A stretch of DNA of 64,000 bases. It comes from a virus (taxonomy: Duplodnaviria; Heunggongvirae; Uroviricota; Caudoviricetes). Positions 24,480-32,959 of this stretch are shown here, piece after piece. Positions within the stretch are counted from its first letter, which is position 1. Each line of letters begins with the position of its first letter. The notes under the pieces were generated by a model. That model saw nothing but the letters and a program-made list of their open reading frames with translations, was not told the DNA's origin and did not search any database. A program made the position numbers and the translations under genes. The stretch lies in the IMG/VR virus record IMGVR_UViG_2684622670_000009, positions 20,476 through 84,475 of that record. One strand, given 5' to 3'.

Positions 24480-24760
24480 TAACACTCCACCCTGGTGTGT
24501 TGAATGTCAGATATAATCGGCATACTCAAATCACTCCTAACGATATGAGTCATCACCAGAAAATCAGGATTAATGCGCCGGACTCTTCCCGGCTGTCACA
24601 CCGAATCGCCAGGATGGTGAATCCGCAGTCCGACGCTATGAACGGGGCTTGCACATTCCGGCTACCTGGTTTGTTGCCTGAGCTAGGGGAAAAGGTAACC
24701 CCTTTAACGTCACCAGACCGCTAACGACGCATGTGCCAGACGCCGTGTTACAACCAAATG

Positions 24761-24836
24761 TGGTGACCCCTACCGGACTTGAACCGGTGACCGTGCGATT
24801 ATGAGTCGCCAGCTCTAACCACTGAGCTAAAGGGCC
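24761..24836 (-). tRNA. trnI: tRNA-Ile2 type (anticodon CAU, ileX-like)
   Basis: GGCCCTTTAGCTCAGTGGTTAGAGCTGGCGACTCATAATCGCACGGTCACCGGTTCAAGTCCGGTAGGGGTCACCA. Full cloverleaf, encoded CCA, close to E. coli ileX. Confidence 0.85.
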
Positions 24837-24839
24837 GGA

Positions 24840-24947
24840 TTACTGTTTCCTAAGTGCTTCAATGGCGCTAACAACGCCGCCTACAACTATGGCAACAATG
24901 ATAATGAGAACAATTGGATACTTGTCAGCAAAATCCCAGAAGCCCAT
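24840..24947 (-). CDS. 35-aa membrane peptide (P1 tciC position)
   Basis: MGFWDFADKYPIVLIIIVAIVVGGVVSAIEALRKQ. Its ATG overlaps the stop of the upstream small gene. Confidence 0.5.
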   Translation of the reverse strand: MGFWDFADKYPIVLIIIVAIVVGGVVSAIEALRKQ

Positions 24948-25111
24948 CACTGATCCTTCGAAGCTGTTTTAAATATCGGCCATACCAATGTTACAGCCAC
25001 TGCCACCAACGCCCCGTCCGATAAAACTGACAGGATTGTGCTGGTGAAATCCACCAGCACGGACAGCAAGAGAAAACCAATGGCGATTGCGATACGTGCC
25101 TTGCTTGCCAT
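24947..25111 (-). CDS. 54-aa membrane protein (P1 tciB position)
   Basis: MASKARIAIAIGFLLLSVLVDFTSTILSVLSDGALVAVAVTLVWPIFKTASKDQ. TAATG overlap with tciA. Confidence 0.5.
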   Translation of the reverse strand: MASKARIAIAIGFLLLSVLVDFTSTILSVLSDGALVAVAVTLVWPIFKTASKDQ

Positions 25112-25545
25112 TACAGATAATCTTCCACACGAAGACCTAAACGACGGCCTACTTCTTCCAGTACTTTGTGTTCTGCTGGCTCGATTTCACCGTCCGCTTC
25201 TGCAATCGTCAGCATGTTAACGAATACTTCTTCCGCTTCTTTTGGGTCGTTTTTGATATCTTCAATTTCGCGAAGGATATTCATGCGACCAACACGGAAG
25301 CCAGCTTCCAGTTGCTCGGTAAAGCGGGTAATTGTTGCGGTAATTTCGTTACCAAAATGACTAAGACGCGGATTAGAGCGGATAAGCTGATCAAGTTTCG
25401 CTGTTTCTTCTTTTTTGATTTCACCATCAGCGGCAGACACCAACAAACAGCCACCGATAATGGCCTCCATCAGATCGCGATTCTCAACTTTTTTCAGCTC
25501 TACTTTTGCAGAAGCGACTTTCTTGCCGAACAATTTACCGAACAT
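25111..25545 (-). CDS. tciA: TerB-family tellurite-resistance-like protein TciA
   Basis: 144 aa with two ADGEI repeats characteristic of TerB. Confidence 0.8.
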   Translation of the reverse strand: MFGKLFGKKVASAKVELKKVENRDLMEAIIGGCLLVSAADGEIKKEETAKLDQLIRSNPRLSHFGNEITATITRFTEQLEAGFRVGRMNILREIEDIKNDPKEAEEVFVNMLTIAEADGEIEPAEHKVLEEVGRRLGLRVEDYL

Positions 25546-25694
25546 TGGTTATCCCTCAATAAAAGTGACATATTTATTAGATTGCGGTGCCGGGTGCCTC
25601 CCGGTGACGTTAACCAGTTAACAATTAACGCCGGAATGTTTAATCATCAAGGAGGATTGTTTTAACTGTTCCGCGTGCGCTTAGCCGAATTCAC

Positions 25695-25806
25695 CGCAAT
25701 GGTAAGAGCACTTGGCTGGCTGGGCGGCGATGACGCCTGTACGCATTTGGTGATCCGGTTCTGCTTCCGGCATTCGCTTAATTAGCCAAATACTCTTAAC
25801 GTTGCG
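25695..25806 (-). repeat. Long-hairpin module D (degenerate copy), immediately 3' of tRNA-Ser
   Basis: 5' arm CGCAACGTTAAGAGTATTTGG pairs with 3' arm CCAAGTGCTCTTACCATTGCG. The arms are homologous to modules A-C. An internal CCGG-AAGCAGAA-CCGG hairpin is present. Confidence 0.45.
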
Positions 25807-25807
25807 C

Positions 25808-25894
25808 TGGTGGAGAGTAATGGAATCGAACCATCATCGCTTGCGCAATGGGACGGTTTTCAAGACCGCTTGAGCGCCATACTCCCTACTCTCC
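25808..25894 (-). tRNA. tRNA-Ser (anticodon UGA), type II with a long variable arm
   Basis: 87 nt. Acceptor GGAGAGT/ACTCTCC; anticodon arm GCGGT-CTTGAAA-ACCGT; variable arm ATTGC-GCAA-GCGAT; T arm GATGG-TTCGATT-CCATT; encoded CCA. Confidence 0.8.
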
Positions 25895-26047
25895 AATGAT
25901 TGTGGTGGTCGGTGCTGATCTCCGACTGCGCCTCTTTTTTTCATAGCCCATAAGGCCGGTCAGTGCGCTTGATGACTGAGGCATCGATATTTACTACGCC
26001 GCCTCGTTGCCATAGGGCGGACTTGCGCGCCAGCAACGCGCATTCAC

Positions 26048-26134
26048 CACAACGGAAAGAGCATTCACGTCTCGCATCGCGGGAAAAAGCCCACGGTAGA
26101 GAGTCGAACTCTACAAATGCTCTTACCTGTTGTG
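26048..26134 (-). repeat. Long-hairpin module A (87 nt)
   Basis: CACAACAGGTAAGAGCATT...AATGCTCTTTCCGTTGTG. Contains a T-arm-like GTAGAG-TTCGACT-CTCTAC hairpin. Confidence 0.55.
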
Positions 26135-26262
26135 TTGTGATGACCGGTGCTGATCTCCGGCTTGCGGTTATTTCAGACTCTCACGGGCGTTTAATTGCCC
26201 CGCCGGACAGCTCTTTTCCGCAATAGCTGCAATGTCTTTCGCGCATCAGCCTGCGCATTCAT

Positions 26263-26349
26263 CACAACGGTAAGGGTACTTCGGAGGGATTCGAACCCTC
26301 TGCCAAGCTCGGCGATCTCCGACGTCGCAAAATACCCTTACCTGTTGTG
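26263..26349 (-). repeat. Long-hairpin module B (87 nt), immediately 3' of the tRNA-like gene
   Basis: CACAACAGGTAAGGGTATTTTG...CGAAGTACCCTTACCGTTGTG, a stem of about 21 bp with one bulged A. Contains GAGGG-TTCGAAT-CCCTC. Confidence 0.55.
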
Positions 26350-26350
26350 C

Positions 26351-26483
26351 TGGTGCCGGTTAACGGATTCGAACCGCTGACCTCTGGCCTAACATCGAAT
26401 CGTTGTCATTTGACCAGCAAGGCTGTCTACCGAAGTAGAAACGATGCTTTGGCTCTCGTGCTCTCCCACTGAGCTAAACCGGC
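26351..26483 (-). ncRNA. tRNA-like gene (Thr-type scaffold) with a ~57-nt insert replacing the anticodon arm
   Basis: GCCGGTT-TA-GCTC-AGTGGGA-GAGC-A...AGGTC-AGCGG-TTCGAAT-CCGTT-AACCGGC-A-CCA. Total length is 133 nt. The insert holds a TCTAC-TTCG-GTAGA hairpin and CATCG/CGATG pairing. I could not fold a canonical 7-nt anticodon loop. Confidence 0.5.
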
Positions 26484-26485
26484 AT

Positions 26486-26561
26486 TGGCGATGGTGGGTG
26501 GATTCGAACCACCGACCAGTTAGTTAACAGCCAACTGCTCTAACCGCTGAGCTACACCATC
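26486..26561 (-). tRNA. trnA: tRNA-Asn (anticodon GUU)
   Basis: GATGGTGTAGCTCAGCGGTTAGAGCAGTTGGCTGTTAACTAACTGGTCGGTGGTTCGAATCCACCCACCATCGCCA. Perfect cloverleaf. Confidence 0.9.
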
Positions 26562-26764
26562 ACTTGCCGGGTACGTCTCCGGCGAGGGCTTCCACCTCCG
26601 TATGCTTTTCGGCGCACCGCGCCCTGGCTGCAATTCGGTAACAGGGGATGCATAACCCTGGCTTCCAGCGTGATTAGCGCTTTCAGCATGACGGGATATA
26701 CCCGTAAATTCGTGGAACTGTACCCAAAGTGCTGTTAAGCACCGCTGTTACGCTGAAAAGAAGA

Positions 26765-26845
26765 CGCAACAGGAAAGGACGCTGACCAACAGATGGCCCC
26801 TTCTCGTTCATCTGGTTAATCACACCAGCGCCCTTACCTGTTGTG
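26765..26845 (-). repeat. Long-hairpin module C (81 nt)
   Basis: CACAACAGGTAAGGGCGCTG...CAGCGTCCTTTCCTGTTGCG. The variable stem part covaries relative to modules A and B. Confidence 0.5.
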
Positions 26846-27026
26846 CCTCCCCGTTCCCTAATACACAGACGGGGACACTCTGCGGTCGATTTTTTGACGG
26901 GGGACGACTCATACCCCGTGGCGTCTGGCTTCTTAGGCCGCAGCCATCATCAGATCATCGTTTGCATTTACTTTAATGGTCAGTTTCTAAACCGCCGCAA
27001 AGTCGCTAACCATGACGAAAACCCTG

Positions 27027-27051
27027 AAAAAACGCCCACCCGAAGATGGGC
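27027..27051 (-). terminator. Strong rho-independent terminator
   Basis: Minus strand GCCCATC-TTCG-GGTGGGC followed by GTTTTTT. Confidence 0.8.
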
Positions 27052-27213
27052 AAACAGGATGTAAGCTCGTTACGCATTTCGGTATTGCCACTTAGGCGTA
27101 TGGTCAACCTGGCAACTCGGCGTCATGAGGGGGAAGGAGTCACTACCCCGCCATACTTGCCGCCGCGCCTGTCGCGGCTAACAGCTAAATCGCTCTATAA
27201 ATCACGATTCATT
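27052..27213 (-). ncRNA. Candidate C1-regulated structured RNA (~185 nt including the terminator)
   Basis: Lies between a predicted sigma70 promoter and the terminator. Several GC-rich hairpins (GCCGCG/CGCGGC, TTGCCA/TGGCAA). Only tiny ORFs without SD. Confidence 0.4.
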
Positions 27214-27219
27214 GAAACC

Positions 27220-27249
27220 ATATTACACTAATAAATTTATTAGAGCAAT
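27220..27249 (-). promoter_or_regulatory. Bivalent C1 operator overlapping a sigma70 promoter
   Basis: Perfect ATTGCTCTAATAAATTT on the minus strand (27249-27233). An inverted, overlapping ATTACACTAATAAATTT sits on the plus strand (27222-27238). Promoter: -35 TTGCTC (27248-27243), 17-nt spacer, -10 TAATAT (27225-27220). Confidence 0.7.
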
Positions 27250-30200
27250 ATAGCAATAACGTCATGAGCTACACCACGAGTGTTCCCCTTACAAGACACA
27301 GAACGTCTGGCAAAAAGAGGTTCCACTCTGAAGCCACTGTCTTGGTAAAGCTCCCTGATGTTTGGCGCACCACTATTAGTAATGAGGATCTTTGCACCTC
27401 GGCGATGAGCATCCATTAGCAGAGATACCAGGCGTTTTTGCTCTTCAAACTTAAAGTCATGACCGGAATAGTTTGTGAACCCCTCTGTATTGGGGAGCGG
27501 TTCATACGGAGGATCGCAAAAGATGACATCTCCTTCTCCGGCAGCTTCAATCACCGCTGAAAAATCACCACATACAAACTCAGAACGCCCTTCAGCACCG
27601 AGGAAGGCTTCCATCTCCTGTAATGGGAAATACGGAGTTTTATACTTCCCATAACCAACATTAAACTCACCGGCCTGGTTGTAACGCGTCAATCCGTTAA
27701 AACAATGTCGGTTCAGGAACAAAAACGCTGCTGCACGATGTAAATCATCATAGGCTTGTTTGTTAAACGCATTCCGTACTGCCAGGTATCCTTCCTGTGT
27801 GTTGTAGTCCTGGAAAAACCGATGCGCCAGAGTGATAAGTGAATGTCCCTCACGTTGCAGAGTCCTGTAAAAGTTAATCAGGTCAGCATTCACATCATTT
27901 AGCAGATTTTCTTGATATCCGGCATTTATGAAGACAGCTCCGCCACCAACGAAAGGCTCGATCAGGCGCTTTCCGTCAGGTAAATGCCTAAAGATTTGTT
28001 CAAGAACACCAAATTTTCCGCCGACCCATTTAAATATGGGACGGTCAAATTCTGCCGTTAGCTTAACTCTCCGTTCTGTTGCTTCATGATTTTTTGCCTG
28101 CTGATATGCAGCCTTAATAATCCGCTCACCAATCCATCGCATTACTGGTATCGCCATGCTATTGCCGATCGCTTTGTAACGCGGTCCGTCAGCTGCAAGC
28201 ATCGCGGCCTCTTCTTCGCTTAAATCTGGATAGTGATTGCGAAGGTATGCCAGTTCATCTGAAGTAACTTTTTTACGCTTTTCCGTCGGGATCAACGTAT
28301 GCCCATCAGGAAAACCTTGCAGTCTTTCACATTCGACAGGGGTAAGACGGCGGACAGCTACTGCTGCGTTTCCTACGTCATAGCAAACGGCTGTTGTATT
28401 TTTGGCCATTAAAGATGGTGAAGTATTCTTAGTTGCAGCATGTTGTGTACCGCTCATACGCTCAGGAAAAGCCAATGTAACAAGATGCTCATGGCTTTCT
28501 TGCTCACGTGCCCGCAATGTACCATGCCCTTCTGACCAAAAACCTGCTCCTGTGCTGCTAAAAACTGCAAGGTCAGTGGCATCTTTAAAGTCTCTCGCCT
28601 TTACTGTCGATGCGGTTTCATCGCCAATATATTCCCCAAATGCCGCCATCCTGAAAGCGTTTACGGCTTTCGTCGATTTCATACCGGGGGTAATGTCAGC
28701 GTGTAGGCATGGATTTAGGCTTTCGCCACTGATTGCAGCGCCATTTGCAATAATGGCGGAAGCGATTTCCTTCTTTTTTCGGCTCGGCGCAATATTCCGG
28801 CGCACGCCTTCGAACTCAAAAAGTACCGTTGCGGGATCGAGGTCTGTTCGAGCACTTGCGACAACAAACACGCGTCGGCGTCGTTGTGCCACTCCGAAGT
28901 ATTGGGCATCAAGGATTCTCCAGGCCACCTTTCGCTGCGGTCCATAAATACAACCACACTGCGGCCACTTTGGAGCATGGCAACCGGTTTTGCCATCCCA
29001 CCGCCAGAACGCGTTACTTTTTCCTGATTCAGGTCGATCACCTGGTTCAAATGGCGCATCTTCTCCAGCCAATCCGGCAAGGAAACATCCGAAGGCGTTA
29101 TCTGCCGATGACAAGACTCCTGGGACATTTTCCCAGACGATAACGGCTGGTTTGAGAAATGACTCAGCCCGTTTGTCGTCAATTGCATTTGCAAGCTCCA
29201 CATACTTTAAAGTTAGCGCGCCACGCTCATCATCAAGCCCACCACGTAATCCCGCGATACTGAATGCCTGACAGTTATGGACCACCGCACCATTGAGGAT
29301 ATAGGAATGATCACCTTCGACTTCTATGTTGTATACAGTATCTAGGCCTACCGATTTAAACTCTTTGACTGTTCGTAAAAGCATTCCATGAGCCAATCTT
29401 GATTTACGTGACAATTTCTGCGGGCAGATTGTTACCTGATAATAATTCCGTTGATTTACCACGCGATCCTCGATCACTTTTTTGGGCTCAACTTCAATAA
29501 AGCTGACCGAAGAAACATAACCACAAGTCTGTGACACCCCCGCAACGCCCCAAGCAAGCGCAGGACTAACACTATTAATTCTAAATCCCGCTTTACCACT
29601 TGGTGTCCCATCAGTATCAAGATAGCCTTGTAAAAACACATGACGCAATGGATGCGACATCACCCATGCAGGGATACGCTTAGCATGGCTTAACTCGCCA
29701 AAATGTTCATTAAGCCAATTGGCATAACACGTATCATTCAAGGTTACTTTGATGCTCCCTCGGATTTCTCTTGCCACGGAAAATATGTTTTCTGGTATGC
29801 GACAATGAAACTTTCTCAATTTCTGGCAATTTATGCCAAAAACAACCGCCTTCTTAGATTTACCTCTCCATCTCCTAATATATCCATCGCCAACATAAGC
29901 GCCCGCAAGATACATAGCCTGTTCTTCAGACAAGAACCGAGAACAAATATCTGGAGATGCAATATTGAAATTAGTTAGAGCGCACCATTGATATCCTGGC
30001 ATATCACATGCTGCTCGCCATTCCGGTTCAGACAACAACTCTCTCTTAAAATATGTGCCATTTTTCCGGGTGTTTTGGGCTTTCCACCGAACAGCCAGGA
30101 AGGGATGGTCATTGGTTGTTCTTATACCTAAAGGCTGCCCAACGGCATTAAGTAACCCCGTATTAGCTATTTTTGAACCAACTCTTTTTACTTGTTGTAA

Positions 30201-30527
30201 CCGCCCGAGATGACTGACTACGTAATCGCCAGGGCAAACATCTTCTATTGGTTTATAACCATTTTTACAAAGAACCATATGCCCCGCGGTAAAACATGGT
30301 GTTCCCCCGACGAGCACGTCAGGGGATTCGATTTCCCCAGCCAGGACTTTTTTGGCAAGTTTAGTCATGTCGCCAAGGTTGGCGACATGGGGCCAGCGGT
30401 GCGCAAGAACGGCCGATGGAAAAGACTCGATTTCAGCAAACCACGCCGGACGCATACCCAACGGTTCCCAGGCAATACTCGCGGCTTCAATTCCACTGCA
30501 AACAGATCCATAGCACAGCTCTTTCAC
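27240..30527 (-). CDS. dmt: Bifunctional DNA methyltransferase Dmt (N-terminal C5-cytosine MTase interrupted by an intein; C-terminal Dam-like N6-adenine MTase)
   Basis: 1095 aa. C5 motifs: I ([10 protein letters not shown]), a split motif IV (GGTP/CQAFS), ENV, and QRRRRVF-type. C-terminal Dam motifs: KWVGGK, FVGGGAV, DPPY. Confidence 0.9.
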   Translation of the reverse strand: MKELCYGSVCSGIEAASIAWEPLGMRPAWFAEIESFPSAVLAHRWPHVANLGDMTKLAKKVLAGEIESPDVLVGGTPCFTAGHMVLCKNGYKPIEDVCPGDYVVSHLGRLQQVKRVGSKIANTGLLNAVGQPLGIRTTNDHPFLAVRWKAQNTRKNGTYFKRELLSEPEWRAACDMPGYQWCALTNFNIASPDICSRFLSEEQAMYLAGAYVGDGYIRRWRGKSKKAVVFGINCQKLRKFHCRIPENIFSVAREIRGSIKVTLNDTCYANWLNEHFGELSHAKRIPAWVMSHPLRHVFLQGYLDTDGTPSGKAGFRINSVSPALAWGVAGVSQTCGYVSSVSFIEVEPKKVIEDRVVNQRNYYQVTICPQKLSRKSRLAHGMLLRTVKEFKSVGLDTVYNIEVEGDHSYILNGAVVHNCQAFSIAGLRGGLDDERGALTLKYVELANAIDDKRAESFLKPAVIVWENVPGVLSSADNAFGCFLAGLAGEDAPFEPGDRPESGKSNAFWRWDGKTGCHAPKWPQCGCIYGPQRKVAWRILDAQYFGVAQRRRRVFVVASARTDLDPATVLFEFEGVRRNIAPSRKKKEIASAIIANGAAISGESLNPCLHADITPGMKSTKAVNAFRMAAFGEYIGDETASTVKARDFKDATDLAVFSSTGAGFWSEGHGTLRAREQESHEHLVTLAFPERMSGTQHAATKNTSPSLMAKNTTAVCYDVGNAAVAVRRLTPVECERLQGFPDGHTLIPTEKRKKVTSDELAYLRNHYPDLSEEEAAMLAADGPRYKAIGNSMAIPVMRWIGERIIKAAYQQAKNHEATERRVKLTAEFDRPIFKWVGGKFGVLEQIFRHLPDGKRLIEPFVGGGAVFINAGYQENLLNDVNADLINFYRTLQREGHSLITLAHRFFQDYNTQEGYLAVRNAFNKQAYDDLHRAAAFLFLNRHCFNGLTRYNQAGEFNVGYGKYKTPYFPLQEMEAFLGAEGRSEFVCGDFSAVIEAAGEGDVIFCDPPYEPLPNTEGFTNYSGHDFKFEEQKRLVSLLMDAHRRGAKILITNSGAPNIRELYQDSGFRVEPLFARRSVSCKGNTRGVAHDVIAILL
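29274..30296 (-). mobile_element. Intein with LAGLIDADG homing endonuclease domain (aa 78-418 of Dmt)
   Basis: Starts CFTAGHMVL (Cys1). Block [17 protein letters not shown] motifs [11 protein letters not shown] and [11 protein letters not shown]; ends GAVVHN followed by Cys+1. Excision restores GGTPCQAFS. Confidence 0.85.
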
Positions 30528-31429
30528 TGCTTAGCCTCTCCACCAAGGGCATTTACCAGAGCATCAACCAGGCACGAAATTTCACTGGTCAACAGGAAGA
30601 AATCTGCGTCCAGTCGCTGCGCAACATCTTCACTATCAATATCAGAGTTCTGCTCAAGCAATTCATCCGCAAATTTGACGCTGGTAAGGCTGAAGTTATG
30701 GTCCAGTGTAAATTTAATGCGGTTCTGCCAGTCGAGTGCCAACTTAGTGACGAGCTTGCCAGCTTCCAGGTGTGTGGAAATTTCATCGCTTCCCAAATCC
30801 TGCTTTTTCACTCGGGCAATACCGCCATCCTCAAGCACTGCCTTAAGTTCTGCCGCATCCCCCATTTGAAATCCCTGTGGAGCACTACCATCACGTACCC
30901 AGTCGGTCAGCGTTAATTCAATGGGATTTTCAACACTTAGGGGAACAACAGGAAGAGAACCCAGAGACTTACGCATAAGTGCGAGCATATCCTCTGCCTG
31001 CCGCGCGCAGGCATTGATATAGATACGTTTAGTTGAACGATCGTAGATCGCCTGGATAACAGAAAACTTTGAAAAAGCCCGTGGCAGAAGAGAATGCAGA
31101 ACTTCGTCTTTCAGGGAATCCTTTTCTGTTTTCTTCAGTTTACGCGCTTGTTCTTGCTCAAGTTTTTCAATTTTTTCTTGAATAGCTCGCTGGATAACCG
31201 GCAGGGGAAGAATTTTTGTTTCGCGCTTTGCTTCAACAAGGATAAAACCATTTCCATGCATAGCGATAACTTCGGAATTATCACCAAATGGCGATACAAA
31301 ACCGAACTTGGCCATATCCTGACTACCGCATGGCGTGAAAAGGATCATTTTCTTTTTATCTTCTAAGTCGGTCAGATCCGCCTCACGAGAAAGTTTATAA
31401 ATAGTAATGTTTTTCCAGTGCTTAAACAT
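30524..31429 (-). CDS. hrdC: RdgC homolog HrdC (recombination-associated protein)
   Basis: Start at ATG 31429 ([16 protein letters not shown]...[14 protein letters not shown]). Strongly similar to E. coli RdgC throughout. Confidence 0.9.
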   Translation of the reverse strand: MFKHWKNITIYKLSREADLTDLEDKKKMILFTPCGSQDMAKFGFVSPFGDNSEVIAMHGNGFILVEAKRETKILPLPVIQRAIQEKIEKLEQEQARKLKKTEKDSLKDEVLHSLLPRAFSKFSVIQAIYDRSTKRIYINACARQAEDMLALMRKSLGSLPVVPLSVENPIELTLTDWVRDGSAPQGFQMGDAAELKAVLEDGGIARVKKQDLGSDEISTHLEAGKLVTKLALDWQNRIKFTLDHNFSLTSVKFADELLEQNSDIDSEDVAQRLDADFFLLTSEISCLVDALVNALGGEAKQ

Positions 31430-31706
31430 GTTGTAACCCTTGAATATCAACCACAGAAAGCTCGTCTTTGTAGAAAAAGGCCAAGTTGTGGCCCCCCCTC
31501 GTTTGAGCGTATGAGCTGGGACCAATTTCGTTCTTCCAGACAAATGGCTTCAAATCCGTACGGCGAAGCATAAAAACGCGATTTGTTCCGCTCTGATTCC
31601 CAATGAGGCAAAAGCCTTCTTTCACCTTGATAGCCTGCAAGTTGTCGAGTTCACCGCTGGTTACACGGCTATCGAACTCCTTGCGGCTTATTAGCTCCAT
31701 CTGCAT
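31422..31706 (-). CDS. uhr: Small protein upstream of hrdC (P1 uhr position)
   Basis: Start taken at 31706 ([11 protein letters not shown]...). The N-terminal part of the track ORF overlaps the operator/promoter region. Confidence 0.5.
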   Translation of the reverse strand: MQMELISRKEFDSRVTSGELDNLQAIKVKEGFCLIGNQSGTNRVFMLRRTDLKPFVWKNEIGPSSYAQTRGGHNLAFFYKDELSVVDIQGLQHV

Positions 31707-31779
31707 CTGACGACTCCAAACAAATGCCCATTGAAGGGCGATGGCTGAATGGTACCGAAAACACGACATAAAAAAAACA

Positions 31780-31796
31780 ATATTTATTAGTGCAAT
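31780..31796 (-). promoter_or_regulatory. C1 operator upstream of uhr-hrdC-dmt
   Basis: Minus strand ATTGCACTAATAAATAT (15/17). Confidence 0.55.
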
Positions 31797-31877
31797 TTTA
31801 TAGTAAGTAAACGCCATACAGACCACAAATAACCTAAGTTAAAATAACGAAAATCAGAGCAAATCATTGGTGATGAC

Positions 31878-32162
31878 GTGGCAAGTATTGCAACAAAAGA
31901 CAGCATTTGTTCGGGGCACGGAGGATTCCCATCCAGGCCTCCTGTAGAGAGTGAACCACTACTTAAAGTCAACGGAGTCGAAGTGTTAGTTGATGGTAAG
32001 CAATATGCACAGCATACCGATGGAAACAGTACGCACGGTGGGCAAGCTATATCAACCAGGGCATGGTTTACCGTCAATGGTAAAGGGGTCGTATGCGTTG
32101 GTGACCCTGTTTCATGCGGTTCTACCGTAGCGTCAGGAGACGGCCTAGTTCAGGTAAGTTAG
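31878..32162 (+). CDS. PAAR-like spike-tip protein
   Basis: 94 aa, GTG start. Features: SGHGGFP, HTDGNSTHGG, VCVGDPVSCGS and repeated VNG-x-x-V strands. Confidence 0.45.
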   Translation: MASIATKDSICSGHGGFPSRPPVESEPLLKVNGVEVLVDGKQYAQHTDGNSTHGGQAISTRAWFTVNGKGVVCVGDPVSCGSTVASGDGLVQVS

Positions 32163-32170
32163 GAGATATC

Positions 32171-32959
32171 ATGCTGGAAAAAGACTACCAGTTATCCGCA
32201 TATAAAAAATTGGCCGCAGCCGGTGGGATGAAAACACCTGGCGCCATAACATCGGCACGAAACAGTGCTAACACGGCAAAACAGCTTGCAGAAGAATTGA
32301 TCGGATTAATTTTGGATACAATTGTCTATCCCGACACTATTACCAGCTATGTTTCAACGATCAGAACAACCACAACCGGCTTAACGAACATTGGAGAACT
32401 GGCAACTAAGCACGCGGACCTGTTGGCTGGTTATGCAGATCTGTCAATGCTGCTTCAACTCAATATTGGTTGGGATGTTTACTGCCGTGCTAATGAGCGA
32501 GAAGTATCAGAACTGCCGATCTCTATTGCCATTGGTGATGTGACTATTACTAAATCGCTTGAGGACGCTGTAAACGCGCTTAATACATCAAGTTTAGTCA
32601 CTGCTATGGGGGAGATTAACCAGACCCTTAACACTGGCTCAGGAAGCTCGTCAGGCTCTGGTTCAGGCGGCGGCACTGCCACTCCCCCACCAGCACTAAC
32701 AGAAGAGCAAATTGAATCTCTGAAAGTAGCAACTGAACAGTTTGGGGTTGTTTTCAACCAGACAACAGCGCCCACAACTGCGTTACAACAGCAGTATGAA
32801 CGAGCGAATGAAAGCGCCAACGTAGCCATAACTGCTTATAACCATGCTATCGGTACCGCGCTTGCGGAAGCATCAGCAAATAAGGCCAGCACAGCCAGCG
32901 CAGTCGCCGCTTTGGTTCCTGATTCTGTTCTTGATGAATTAAACAAAGCGGCACGGTAA
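32171..32959 (+). CDS. Hypothetical protein with a Gly/Ser-rich linker
   Basis: Start at ATG 32171 after AGGAG. Contains GSGSSSGSGSGGGTATPPP. Confidence 0.5.
   Translation: MLEKDYQLSAYKKLAAAGGMKTPGAITSARNSANTAKQLAEELIGLILDTIVYPDTITSYVSTIRTTTTGLTNIGELATKHADLLAGYADLSMLLQLNIGWDVYCRANEREVSELPISIAIGDVTITKSLEDAVNALNTSSLVTAMGEINQTLNTGSGSSSGSGSGGGTATPPPALTEEQIESLKVATEQFGVVFNQTTAPTTALQQQYERANESANVAITAYNHAIGTALAEASANKASTASAVAALVPDSVLDELNKAAR

Noticed and set aside
25570-25586. Possible C1 operator upstream of tciA (minus strand CGCAATCTAATAAATAT)
   Set aside because: Only the TCTAATAAAT core matches and the left half is divergent. This is too weak to call without binding data.
26190-26250. Hammerhead-like CUGAUG...GAAA string after module B
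   Set aside because: There is no helix II between the boxes, and the motif is absent from the homologous segment after module A. The sequence is better explained as a simple GCGCA/TGCGC hairpin.
25695-26845. Possible CRISPR array or integron attC cassette array
   Set aside because: The units are ~80-110-nt inverted-repeat hairpins, not short direct repeats with spacers, and no cas genes are present. The arms (nCACAAC/GTTGTGn, with a bulged base) only loosely resemble attC R boxes (RYYYAAC/GTTRRRY fails at two positions), and no integron integrase is in the window. This is kept only as a remote alternative within the hairpin-module finding.
25963-27231. Four plus-strand ORFs (87, 61, 73 and 61 aa) across the tRNA/hairpin locus
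   Set aside because: They are antisense to tRNA genes and structured repeats, have no ribosome-binding sites, and give Arg/Ser/Pro-rich low-complexity translations. They are treated as shadow ORFs.
28402-29271. Plus-strand ORFs (181, 104 and 93 aa) and an alternative-frame minus-strand ORF (162 aa at 28715-29203) inside dmt
   Set aside because: They are embedded in a gene with strong motif support along its whole length, and no independent signals are present.
31430-31543. N-terminal 38-codon extension of hrdC in the ORF track
   Set aside because: RdgC homology begins at [13 protein letters not shown] (ATG 31429). The extension overlaps the uhr 3' end.
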